DNA of 63,892 nucleotides, filler included, from Aduncisulcus paluster (GCA_024181965.1; 6 parts of 6 records of this genome joined end to end with filler, not necessarily neighbours in it); one strand, 5' to 3'. Shown: positions 48,601 to 59,394, numbered from the whole stretch's first letter. The notes: generated from the sequence alone by a model not told the origin. Translations and numbers: made by a program.

Positions 48601-51600
48601 CTTCTCAGCTTATTCCTCAAAATATGAAAATGGCCATGATATGTGAGGAGATTGGATGGTACCACCAAGCAGATCACTACTATCGGAAAGCTTTCATTGA
48701 TGTGCATTATGACTCTGAATTGAGAAGAAAGAAACGGTTGGAGATGATGCCCAAGTCAACACTTTCAATTGGGAATAAGTTTTCAGCGTCTGCAGCACCT
48801 TCTTCAATTGTCTCTCATCCAGCATTCTTCTCCGATGATGATGCTTTGTTGTTATGTGGTGTTGATGGGATTGTTGGGCGGATGTGTATGAGTGGAGCAC
48901 TCAGATGTGGCTCAATCAGTGGTAGAGAAACAACCCTAAAAGAGTTTTCAAGTTGTCTGCACAGTGGAACTTTGATGACTGAAGATGTGGCGTGTGCCAT
49001 TATTTCGACTCAATACAGCAATATTGAACATGCTTTTGAGTGGTATGATGCAATAGTTGAACGAGGAAATTCGAACCAAAATCTTATCCATTGTGCAGAT
49101 ATGGGAGACCTTTTGTTGTGCATGAAGGATGAACGTAAGAAAGCAAAGAGACTTGCAGTGCTTGAAAATGCTCATAATCCAATGATATATGTTCTTGAGT
49201 TCCTCTTTGTGCATGATTTGATCCGTCAAGAGGCAGCTGTGGAGGAAAATTTGAGGAAACATTTGGTTTCTTACCTATTCTCAGTTGTTGATCATATTGA
49301 CAAGCAACAGAGCAAGCATTTCTTGGCTGTTCCATCCGAATCGCTCTCTATGTCGTCTTCCCTGTATCTCCACTCAATACACAACGATTTGAAGGAGTAC
49401 TTACAGCATTTGTTTGCTACAATGAATCTTATCTCCTCCACAAGGGGAATGAATGGGAATGGAATGATGGGTTCAACCCCAAAGATTGCTGGGAAGCAGA
49501 TTCCGATGCCACAGTTGCTCCAAATGTGTGGCAACTTTGCCGTGAAGATCAGAGAAGACATGGGTAAGTATTTACGACTGAGAGGATTCACTGAGGCTCG
49601 GGAAGGATTAGATGTCGTTTCAATGTCTTGCAAGGTTCGTCTATGTCTCCTTGAAAGTTGCTTAAAGCCCAGCAAGAGTGGTGTTCCTGCGAGTGAAGAA
49701 GGACGCTCTTCAGACATGATTGATCCCAGAACAAGCAAGAAGGCCCGTTCTTCCATTTCTTCAACATCTTCAACCACGTCAACATCTCAATTCGGGCAGA
49801 AACAACGCCCCAGATCAAAACAACAGGTCAAGACACCCAATATTGCTCAACAACAGCAAGATCAAGAGAAAAACCAGCAACAAGACCAAGAAAAGAAACA
49901 GGCCGAATACAGATCTTGGATTGGAATGATGTATCTTTTCCTTGCTTATTCTGCATTACAATGGGGAGATATTGATTCTGCATTGACTATTGTTCAGACA
50001 AAATGTAACAGCGACAAGGTTGTTTTCTTCATGATTCCATTCCTGTACCAGCGATTGAGTGTTATGGCTTTGATCTACATGAAGTCTGGACAGCTGGACA
50101 AGGCTTATGAAACTATTGCGAAAGGAATGGGATCAATGTTTGAGTCATATTCCACTGGAATTAAACAGAATCTGAAGTCTATCTTGACTCAACATGGAGC
50201 CGATCCATTTGTCTTGCATTCCCAGATTCTGTGTGCCAAGTTTGACCAGAGCGGCGATGAAAAATTCCTTCATATGGCTTTCAAGGAGTCTTCTGAACTA
50301 AGTGAGCTCCTTGTCAAGGACCATTTCTACCAGCTCGATATATGCAAAGCTAAGGTTTGTATGAAGTTGTACGGCGCTACCGGTGAAATGAAATACCGTG
50401 ATGTGGCCTTGGGTTCATTTATTAATGGATTCTCCACTCTGAGTCGAGATTACTTCCGTTTCAAACATTCTCATACAAACACGATGGATTTCCTTCTCTT
50501 TTTCATCTTTCCGTCTTTATTTGGTAAAGGGGGAAGGGAATCGATGGTACCATCCTTCTTCAAGCAAGTAATTGACCATATCCCTCTGTTGCAACTTGAT
50601 ATATTCCTTCCATTCACTCCACTCCTTGTCATGTGTGCTTTGGGTCATAATAATATACACATTAGACTGTTTTGTATCTCAACTTTGTTCTATATGATCT
50701 CAAAAAGTTCTAAAGGTGTCACTTTCAATGCTGCAGTGTCTCAGCTTCTGCTCGAATGGAACACAAATACTTCCGATGACATTTTGGAATCTTACTCTTG
50801 GCGTAGGGGAGCAACAAATGATTTTAATTCCTTTTCAGAGTGGTATATGAAGGAAGAGGATATGATTGCCGCAAGGAATGGTGCCCTTTCTTTCCTACGC
50901 CTTACTGCTCTCTCATTCTCTTCTTCTTGTTCTGTCCAGAGTCCATACTCTGTTGCTAAATGTCTGGATTCAACGAGTTCTGTTCAAGGCATGACATCTA
51001 CTCGTCCCTGTATCAATCTATTGACTTTCTCACACTCTATGAATCACATGTGGGTATCAGATCTCTGCGGAAACGTCAGTGCCAGTGAGCGGAGTCACCC
51101 TACATCCTCTCCTCATCGACACGAGAAAGACCGTGATGTTCTTCTCCCTTGGTTTATTATCACATGTATTGATGTGTGGAAAATAGTGAGGAAACGTGAG
51201 CTTCATGGGCAATCGATGGGAAAACACGATTCAAAGGAGATGGCATCTATCATTTTTGCCATGTTTGATAGATTGGGGAAGAATAGAAAGCTCTCTGCGA
51301 TTGTAAGGAAATGCCGTGCCACAAGTGTGGAAGATATTGAGAGATTCATTGTCCAGTTATTATGTTCCACCGCAAGCTCCGAACAATGTTTGGACTCCTC
51401 TTTCCTCTTCTCTTCCTTCTGCCCATCCTTATCTCATTGTCCTCTTCCCCTCCTGTCATATCCTGTCAAGTATCTCCCTCTTGTGCTGCCAGATTTTGTT
51501 CCCTTGACACAACTATCGCGCGAAGACCTCAATGAGTGTTCATTTGATCAGCTTCATGACAGATGTGATATCTCCATCGAACGAATCAAGGTAAAAATCC

Positions 51601-52649
51601 TTGAAGACGTTGATCCTGCCATCCAAAGTTTCACTCGGCCAAAAGAGAAGCCAAAAGATGCAAAGGAGTCACGATCTAGTTGTAATAAGAGAGCAGGATC
51701 TGTGAAGAAATCCTCAAAGATTCATGAGTCCTTTGTGGATATTCGTGTTCCCCTGTGTTCATCTGATTGTATCATGTCCCATTCGACCCTTCCTGCTGTT
51801 ATGAATCTTTACGGTCTTCCTGCCTTGCATCTTGATGAACTCATTGTTCAAACTGAGTCCACGAAGGATGAAGAAGAAAAGGCATGCATGGAGCGAGAAT
51901 TTGATCTGTTATCCGATTTGATCGTTTTCCATATTCCAGAATTGAGTATTAGAAACGTCTGCAGAGGAAGCAGAAGTTTGAATACTTTCTATTCCATGCT
52001 CTCAGAAGGGGCTTTCTTCGCAAAGAACTGTGATATCAACAGATGCGCTCCTATCTTCTCTCCTTTGTCTCCTAATCTATGTATGTGTGTCAAAGAAAAG
52101 GTGAATAGCGATATGTTTTCTGAATATTCTGTCGGAATTATGACAATGATCCACACATTGCACTCACATACTCACCTTTCCCATGCATATGTTGGTGGTA
52201 TCCCGTCATTCTCACATCTCCCATTGCACTGCATTACAAATGCTTTCTTGGATGCCAGACGTTATCTTTCCATCGCTAAGAGGGTTGTGTCAACAAGTCG
52301 TGACTCTGATATCCTTGGGCTTCGACTTAGTGGTGCTCTATGTGCTGGATATGCTGCAATTCCTGTTTTGAATGAACATGGCGAGAGTTTGGCCAACCAT
52401 CTCTTAATGTGTGCTTGTGAGAGTGAGCTGGAATGGAGAATGACAGGAAAAGATACCTCTGAAGACAGGGGAAAAAGAGGATTTGGTCGTGAGGATGGCT
52501 GTCGAAGAAGTGAAGAAGATGTTTGCCTTCGGATCATTGGGTTTAAAAATGGCCTTGAGAAGTATTCCATCTCCGATGCAAAGGGCATTGTCAAACCTTA
52601 TGAACAAGTCGAAGGATTGAGAAATATTATTGAAATTCTTTCCAAATGA
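30638..52649 (+). CDS. Giant (~7,040 aa) divergent TRRAP/Tra1-like PIKK-family scaffold
   Basis: ATG|GTATGT intron 30641-30717. Collapsing three gap duplications (offsets 178, 325 and 315 bp) fuses ORFs 30778-31761, 31634-33937 and 33723-52649 into one frame. Collinear Tra1-like blocks: CQLKVLSTF, LAKLVPHLPPLIIRGISS..VKQFSVVVLSFVVE, IRTLLGHLG, PPIHILARL, and FAT-like AMICEEIGWYHQADHYYRKA. The single-gene model is more certain than the family call. Confidence 0.6.
30641..30717 (+). other. Spliceosomal intron immediately after the start codon (77 nt)
   Basis: ATG|GTATGT...AATTTAG|TCA, in frame with ORF 30778. Confidence 0.7.
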
Positions 52650-53530
52650 TTTTTTTATTTTTAAACCGTTGTCATTTTGATTTATTTTTCCTTTTTTTGA
52701 AGATCAAGGTGCTCATTATTATTTACAGTATAGTGTAAAATTAACACAATTTATACGCTTCACATCCCAATTCCTAACCGTAAACTTTACGTAAAGCTAA
52801 TTAGAAAGTTAAAATTACTAATTTTCCTTCTTGACTCGGATGTTGCCTTGCCTTGGTTTACTGATATTGACAGTATTCTTTATCATCCAAATCCTTATTA
52901 TTCCTTGGTTTACCGATATTGATAGTATCACGAGTGCGATACAAATGAATAAATCTGTGAATAGAAACATAAAACGTCTATATTTAATAATATTGATGAC
53001 ATCCAGAGATCGGAAATTGAATGCCGGTATGGAGTGTATATAATGCATAATTTCATCCATTTGGTGTTTTTAACTTTTTTTGATTTTGAAGAGAAATATG
53101 ATTTAAACGAATGTTAATCATCTGAGAAGTTAAGAAGGACGCCTTGAGAGAATAAACGAGCATATGGAAAGTAGATAAAACTCAGAATTGGAAAGAGTTA
53201 TTATAAAGTACACTCACAATTAATTGGAGAGATATCGTGTAAACAAGCTGTCGGGTGGAACGAGAAAAGGTCTAGAGGCGAGAAATCACCAAAACCACTA
53301 AAAAATGCCAAATCAACAACAGAAGACTCGACCCGATGGTATTCTCCAATTACAACATGAATTTAGCATCATGGAGAAGAACTTTGTAATTCGATGTGTT
53401 GGCAAATAGGGAGATAATGAAACGGATTTTGAATGTCATTGTCAGGAGTGGACTCACAAGGATGGCATTTAATATATGTTCCAAAGAAAATGTTCATATA
53501 TTTTTATGCATATATTATACGATATCACTT

Positions 53531-53630
53531 NNNNNNNNNNNNNNNNNNNNNNNNNNNNNNNNNNNNNNNNNNNNTTAATTAATTAANNNNNNNNNNNNNN
53601 NNNNNNNNNNNNNNNNNNNNNNNNNNNNNN
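53531..53630. other. Artificial contig linker
   Basis: N44-TTAATTAATTAA-N44. Confidence 0.97.
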
Positions 53631-54246
53631 CAGGGAAGTCTTTGACTTCCTTTTATCAGTTAACATGATAAACTTTTGTTTATCTCCGGAATCCCTTTGG
53701 GATTCGCTCGTGCCTAGAGGTTTTCCTCTTTCGGCCATCAAATCAAAATTAAGACTATTATCACGTACAGTAAAATGCATTTTGTGGTAGTACTTGCAAT
53801 ATAAAATAATAAAATCTTTACAACGGATCGTAACGGTTCCACAATTTATTAAATATCTGATCGGGCGGTAATCAACCGGTACCGCCTGTGCCCAGCCGCC
53901 GCCAACAAAATCTGTTTCAGTCATTTTATTTTTCTTTTTCCTGCTCGTAGAATGCATTAAATAGCATTTCAACATTAAATTTAAGAAAATAAGACAATAA
54001 AATTTATTAGATACCCATTAAAACGTATTTTTAATTTTAAGTTGTAAAATATAGTTTTTAACAACTTAAAATACTATTTTTTACAACTGAAATAAACTTG
54101 TAACCACTCCTTTATTTTCCTGTAATTCAATATATTTTACAACTTAATTTATATTGAATTTCAACTGAATTCCCTATAAATCGATTCGTTGTCACAACGA
54201 CAACACGTGTTCACAGCGAATACATTCTTAAGTAAAACAAATGGTG

Positions 54247-54322
54247 GACCTACAGTCACACATAGGTCTTGACCTATAAGTCCAACCCGAGCTAGTCCGA
54301 CATTTGACCTATAGGTCTGACT
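54247..54322. repeat. Left subterminal repeat array of the transposon
   Basis: Direct and inverted copies: GACCTACAGTC, CATAGGTCTTGACCTATAAGTCC, AGTCCGACAT, GACCTATAGGTCTGAC. Confidence 0.7.
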
Positions 54323-54866
54323 TGAAATAAATGCTGTAATACATAAAAAGTCCGTTCTATATAAATATGACTAAAAATTTTACTTTAAACAATTATCTTA
54401 AATTACAAAAACAATCAAAACAAAAAATCGTTGGGGACCCCCCCTTTTTTTAGAAAGAAAACAGGAATACATGGGGGGGGTCATCGGGGGGAGGAGCGGG
54501 AACAAATCAATTAAAATAAATAAGGCTTACGCCTCCCCTGGGTTGATCAGACCCAAGGGAGACCGCTTTTAAGGACACGATGTTGACAAAAAAAGAAGAT
54601 AAAAATGGCAACTTCGTGCAAACATGTTGCTTGCATAAAAATGAAATAAAAATGAAATAAATGTTAATAAAAATGATAATTTTGAAAAATATTTTTATTT
54701 AATGCCCATATAAATTTGGAAAATATAAGATACAAAAAACTTTCGAGATATGATGTTAAGAGTGTTATATCACAAATTTAAAAAAAAATTAATTAAAATA
54801 AATGAAAATTAAAAATAAAAAACTCATTTATTATGATGAAAAAAGTGGTCAATATCGATTATCGAA

Positions 54867-55499
54867 ATGATGTTTATTCTGCTAATTGTAATCATGGCCG
54901 ATGATATTCGAACGATAAAAACGGATATTACACTCATCAAAACAAATTTGAGTGAGATGAAAAGGCGTTTTTCAACTGGAATGCCGATTTTGACAAGAGA
55001 CCCCTCTCGACTGTCAATATGTGATCTATATAGTGTTTTAGCAATATCTGGTGATATTTATAAAGAAATTGAAGCCATTGTTGACAAAATCGGGTTTCGA
55101 TTTCTGATATCACTGCTCCACCGTGAATTTCTCATTAGCAAGGTAAATCAGCCACGGTACCTGCCCTACGACATTAAAAAACCAATAATAATCGAAGAGA
55201 TCAATTCTAGCTCCACATTTTCCGAGATTTTTTTACGTGGGTCAGAAAAGGAGATTATGCTTTTCTATTCTTCCTACATTAAGGACAAGGTTACGGAAAA
55301 ATTTAATAATTTAAAGAGAAAAGTAGACCGGATCCCTGGCGAAATAGAAAAGCATAAACCGGAATTATTAAGTAGAGGTAAGTATTATTATGAAGTTGAG
55401 TTTTTCGAGTCAATTTCACAATGGAAAACATTTGTAGAAAGGGAAGAATTGCCAGAAGAGACTCCCCTTGCTTATGCAGTTCCCGAATCACATGAATAA
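54867..55499 (+). CDS. Transposon accessory ORF (putative TnpA-like DNA-binding protein; alternative start MADDI at 54894)
   Basis: Intact ~200-aa ORF between the left TIR and the transposase, with an N-terminal heptad coiled coil (IRTIKTDITLIKTNLSEMKRR) and a basic helix IKDKVTEKFNNLKRK. Confidence 0.65.
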   Translation: MMFILLIVIMADDIRTIKTDITLIKTNLSEMKRRFSTGMPILTRDPSRLSICDLYSVLAISGDIYKEIEAIVDKIGFRFLISLLHREFLISKVNQPRYLPYDIKKPIIIEEINSSSTFSEIFLRGSEKEIMLFYSSYIKDKVTEKFNNLKRKVDRIPGEIEKHKPELLSRGKYYYEVEFFESISQWKTFVEREELPEETPLAYAVPESHE

Positions 55500-55559
55500 A
55501 TCGTATTGGAAGTTTTATTTTAAATTCAATGAAAATGTTTATTTTTTGTCACGATTTAT

Positions 55560-58316
55560 ATGACATTGCATTTCAAATACCACGAAGGGATTATAATAAT
55601 GACTTCTAAGTTTAAATTAATTCATGTTTATTCTGTTGATTCACTGGCTGACAAAGATATTAAAATGATTTGTTTGAACTGCCATGCAAGCTTAGGTCAT
55701 AAACAAAAAAGAAGATGTCGACGATTCTGGACAGAAGAGGACTTTATTTGTTCATGCTCAAGTCCAAAAGAATCAATATTGTTTGGCGAAAACACATTTC
55801 GAATATTTCCGTTCCGCGACCCAGAATCTATCTTTGTCTTTGTAAATACCGATAGATACCCTAATGTAAAGAAAATTGACATCCAATGTCTTGTGGACAG
55901 ACACTTTACTATTGTAACAGACCAATCTGAGCACTCCTCTGAAGACTCTGAGTTTGTTGGATTTGAAGACGATTTTGGGTATCTCTGTGATGTCCCCTCA
56001 TCTGAAGATGATCTCCAAGCAGATTCTGTTAGAACTACTAGTAGCACTGCTATTCTTGATGATGTTGAAGGAGTTGTCGATGACTCCTCGTCATCAAGAC
56101 TGCGAAGTTCGCAAGAATCTCAATTGATATTCGATCAAGAAGTTACATTCGAAGACATTCATGAAAATTTATACAGAGATCAATCAAAATTCCAAGCCAT
56201 GATGATTTCAAAAGTTATCAAGAGGGAAATTAGCGAGTCCCTCTATACTGAGATATCGAGAAGCTTAAAAGAGGAATTGTCACGAACGCATTCAAGAAGT
56301 CAGCCTGACTACGCTGAGCGTGAATGCGAATTAATTAAGGGATCCCTGCTATTGCCTTCAATAAGGACTCTAAAAGCAAAGCTTCATTCTTTAATTACAC
56401 CTATATCAAAGATTATTGAAGACGATGTCGTGTTACCTAAAATAAGAGGGGAGGACCCGGTAACTTTCAGGCTGAAATATCGCTGGTATACGATATACAA
56501 GCATCCACTGCTTCGACTCATTATTGAATATTTGCCACTACTATCACATATATCTCCATATCAACGATTGATTGAAACTGCAAACCCATCATCTTATCAA
56601 CTCTATAAAGAGGCATTGGTGAAGATTCGTGAAAAGTTCCGGGTTGAGGATTCTATGATTAATGAGTTTCCATCCTTTGACACCATAGAAGAATATGTAA
56701 CTTATTGTGAATCAAATGATATTCCACCTATAATCATTTGTCCCATTCTAATATTTATGGACGGCGTAGCAACCGCAAAACTTGGCAGGAGTGCGATTTC
56801 TCTCGTAATATCACTAGCCACAATTTCAGCTGAAGAAAGACAAAGAAATAGATCGTGGCAGCATATCTGCCTTGTTTCGGAAGAAAGAGCTTTACCAGCC
56901 ACGATATCAGTGTTAAATACTCTTATAGCTGATATAAAAGACCTTCAATCTGGTGTTCGTGTTCTTTTACCCTCTGGGAAAAAGATAATTTTGGTAGGAT
57001 ATCTATTTAGAATAATTGGCGATTCGAAACAGATAAAAACTAATCTCTGTTGTCACTCAGCCTATTTTCCTTGTCCATGGTGCCTCGAAACTGGGGAAAG
57101 ACTCCTATTACCTTCATTATCATCTGATGTCCTGCAAAGGACCTGTGAGTCACTTGGTAGGATCGAAACGGCTGGGTTTGTTTTGAAGCCTGAAACACCT
57201 AATATTCCTCTGTTTTATCACTCATTATATGCTGAAAAGCCTTTGTTGATCCCTGATCCATTCAGACTTCATGCCGGCGATGTTCTGCATATACTATATA
57301 TCGGGTTATGCAGTGATATGATTAAACTCCTTGAAAAGGTATTAACGAAACAACAGGGAACCATATTTAATGAACGAATGATGAAATTAGGGCTTCGAAC
57401 GAGACTTGGGAATGGTCTAAGAGATGGGAACGATAGCAAACTCGTCCAACATTATTCATCCCTTTGCATTTTTGAGCTCGATAAGTACCCGCCTCAGCGG
57501 AGAACACACACTTTTTCCTTCTTATATGATAGAGAAGTTGCATATGAAGCTGTTGAATCTGATTTAGATACGCATATTAATGTACGAATGCCGAAAATAT
57601 CCACTATAGATGATCATCGCAAACTTTCATTCAGCCACATCGTTCTGCTTTCTGCAATTGCCAATCAATTTATACACGAGGCACAAGTGGCATCTACTGA
57701 TAGCGATTGTGAGAAAGTAATTGAGAATTATAAGATTTTTCTTGATATTCTCTCTCCCCTTTGTGCGAAATGCGATATTTTCTCTACGTCAGCCCCGATT
57801 CGTAAGATAAAAACACATCTTCTGCTCCATATTAAAGAATGGGTCAGAGATGGAGGCTCATTATACAACTATTCTGCCGAGGCTGGAGAGCGAATGAACT
57901 CTTCAGTGTTCAGGCTATATAGGTATATACGTACACAGTCTACAAGTCATATGATTGGTTCCTTATCATTACCTTTCTTGCTTCCCGACTCTGACTCCAC
58001 TGAAGCTGCGTCAATTCGATTCCAACGAGGAAAGTGTTATTTTTTTGCTACAGAAGAATTGGATGATAGTGTGATAATGGTTTCATCACTTTGTGAAGAC
58101 AGGAATTATGTTCGTGGTTCTATTTATACTTATCATTCACCTGCATCGATTGGTCATGGGGTGAAACAATTCAATCTCTTTTATATTTATTCTTTCTCTC
58201 GCCTTGGAATAGTTTGTGTTTCAAATATTAATAGGTTGGTGCACTGCTCATTTGCAAAAGATCTCAAATACACATCTATACCAGGCCACTATTTGATAGC
58301 TCCACTGCGTAAATAA
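55560..58316 (+). CDS. DDE transposase, CMC/Plavaka-like
   Basis: PILIFMDG (first D), LIADIKDLQSG, RIIGDSK (second D), FPCPWC, GDVLHILYIG, KTHLLLHIKEWVRDGGSLYNYSAEAGERMN (E). N-terminal CxxC...C.C zinc-binding motif. Confidence 0.9.
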   Translation: MTLHFKYHEGIIIMTSKFKLIHVYSVDSLADKDIKMICLNCHASLGHKQKRRCRRFWTEEDFICSCSSPKESILFGENTFRIFPFRDPESIFVFVNTDRYPNVKKIDIQCLVDRHFTIVTDQSEHSSEDSEFVGFEDDFGYLCDVPSSEDDLQADSVRTTSSTAILDDVEGVVDDSSSSRLRSSQESQLIFDQEVTFEDIHENLYRDQSKFQAMMISKVIKREISESLYTEISRSLKEELSRTHSRSQPDYAERECELIKGSLLLPSIRTLKAKLHSLITPISKIIEDDVVLPKIRGEDPVTFRLKYRWYTIYKHPLLRLIIEYLPLLSHISPYQRLIETANPSSYQLYKEALVKIREKFRVEDSMINEFPSFDTIEEYVTYCESNDIPPIIICPILIFMDGVATAKLGRSAISLVISLATISAEERQRNRSWQHICLVSEERALPATISVLNTLIADIKDLQSGVRVLLPSGKKIILVGYLFRIIGDSKQIKTNLCCHSAYFPCPWCLETGERLLLPSLSSDVLQRTCESLGRIETAGFVLKPETPNIPLFYHSLYAEKPLLIPDPFRLHAGDVLHILYIGLCSDMIKLLEKVLTKQQGTIFNERMMKLGLRTRLGNGLRDGNDSKLVQHYSSLCIFELDKYPPQRRTHTFSFLYDREVAYEAVESDLDTHINVRMPKISTIDDHRKLSFSHIVLLSAIANQFIHEAQVASTDSDCEKVIENYKIFLDILSPLCAKCDIFSTSAPIRKIKTHLLLHIKEWVRDGGSLYNYSAEAGERMNSSVFRLYRYIRTQSTSHMIGSLSLPFLLPDSDSTEAASIRFQRGKCYFFATEELDDSVIMVSSLCEDRNYVRGSIYTYHSPASIGHGVKQFNLFYIYSFSRLGIVCVSNINRLVHCSFAKDLKYTSIPGHYLIAPLRK

Positions 58317-58334
58317 AACAATCAATTATTTTGT

Positions 58335-58428
58335 GTCTGACATAGGTCGAACATCAATATTAAGTTTAAGAATAACATATGTCATACCTAAGAAAGTGCC
58401 GTATTAAGTCCGACATATGTCCCGACCC
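58335..58428. repeat. Right subterminal repeat array of the transposon
   Basis: GTCTGACATAGGTCGAACAT, CATATGTCATACCTAAG and AAGTCCGACATATGTCCCGACC, related to the left array. Confidence 0.7.
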
Positions 58429-58606
58429 AAAAAGGTGTTCGCTGTGTTGAAAATGGCTTTGGATTAGTATCCCCATTGAAAAATCTCACTGTTATATTAA
58501 TGAATAAATACCATTAATGGTTCATATTTTTGAATTTATTATATAAAAATATTCTTAGAAGAGCGATTCTGTTAGTTCACAACGACACAAATAAAAAATT
58601 TTCAGT

Positions 58607-58736
58607 TGAATTACAAGTGGAACCTGTATTACAACTGAAAATATAATTCGTTACAACTGAATTACAAGTGGAACCTGTATTACAACTGAAAATATAATTT
58701 GTTACAACTGAAAATATAGTGAATTACAACTGAATT
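58607..58736. repeat. 51-bp tandem repeat with TACAACTGAA subunits
   Basis: TGAATTACAAGTGGAACCTGTATTACAACTGAAAATATAATTYGTTACAAC x2 plus partial copies. The same TACAACT(G/T)AA motif recurs at ~54035-54170. Confidence 0.85.
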
Positions 58737-59200
58737 CCATTCCACGATAGGTATGGAATATTACCATGAAGTCATTTCAATTTGCAGATTTATTATCTAT
58801 TTTCTCAATGGGGAACACATGTAACTTCTCGCTTACGTCTACAACACAAGCAACTTGCTTCTTTGAAAGAAATAAAACATTTGCAGACCATGCATATTGA
58901 TGAACATATAACCATGAAGAAGAGCATCCGAGCAAGAACATGGATAGTCTTTTGATTCAGATGTCTGATATGAATGCACGGGAGATACTGAACATTGAGA
59001 GATAAAGGAAGCAGTAAAACAAAACAATACGATATATTATCAACCCATCTTTGTAATCAGAATCGCGTTCCTTTCGAAGGTCAAAACTGATTTGACTCAA
59101 AACAACCAACAAACAATCTTTCTCAACTCAGCAAGGAAGGGTGAAGAATTGATTAGTCTGTGGTTATCGAGATATCCATGTATTCTGTTTATATTAACGG

Positions 59201-59300
59201 NNNNNNNNNNNNNNNNNNNNNNNNNNNNNNNNNNNNNNNNNNNNTTAATTAATTAANNNNNNNNNNNNNNNNNNNNNNNNNNNNNNNNNNNNNNNNNNNN
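59201..59300. other. Artificial contig linker
   Basis: N44-TTAATTAATTAA-N44. Confidence 0.97.
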
Positions 59301-59394
59301 AAACTTCATTTTGTTCTTCAAATTGTTCTTCTTCGTCTATATCTTCGACGGGTTTCTTCGTTTTCTTCGGGTTTTTGGGTTTCCTCGGAGCCAT
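59301..59394 (-). CDS. 5' fragment of a possible gene (MAPRKPKNPKKTKKPVEDIDEEEQFEEQNEV...) running into the gap
   Basis: ATG in AAAC context, an NLS-like basic start followed by an acidic stretch, open to the contig end. Confidence 0.4.

Larger units (their letters stand above)
54212..58446 (+). mobile_element. Complete-looking CMC-superfamily (EnSpm/CACTA-Plavaka-like) DNA transposon, 4,235 bp
   Basis: Left end CACAGCGAATACATT (54212). The right end reads CACAGCGAACACCTT in reverse complement (ends 58446), a 13/15 match. TT flanks both ends (2-bp TSD). Subterminal GAC(C/A)TA/TAGGTC/GTCCGAC repeats at both ends; two ORFs inside. Confidence 0.88.

Noticed and set aside
53100-53480. Possible degenerate mobile-element fragment (STRWYS or RPDGIL motifs in different frames)
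   Set aside because: The motifs are short and isolated among many stops, so the call is not supportable.
53689-53717. Helitron 3' end (hairpin followed by CTAG)
   Set aside because: CTAG is followed by A rather than T, overlaps another hairpin, and no Rep/helicase is visible.
53583-53975. 130-aa minus-strand ORF
   Set aside because: It runs into Ns, has no motifs, and overlaps the hairpin cluster.
58607-58736. CRISPR-like array
   Set aside because: These are tandem repeats without unique spacers, in a eukaryotic context with no cas genes.
8831-59300. Recurring TTAATTAATTAA palindrome between N runs
   Set aside because: Artificial six-frame-stop linker. It also means gene neighbourhoods across linkers, such as the CMC element next to the hAT gene, are not evidence of linkage.
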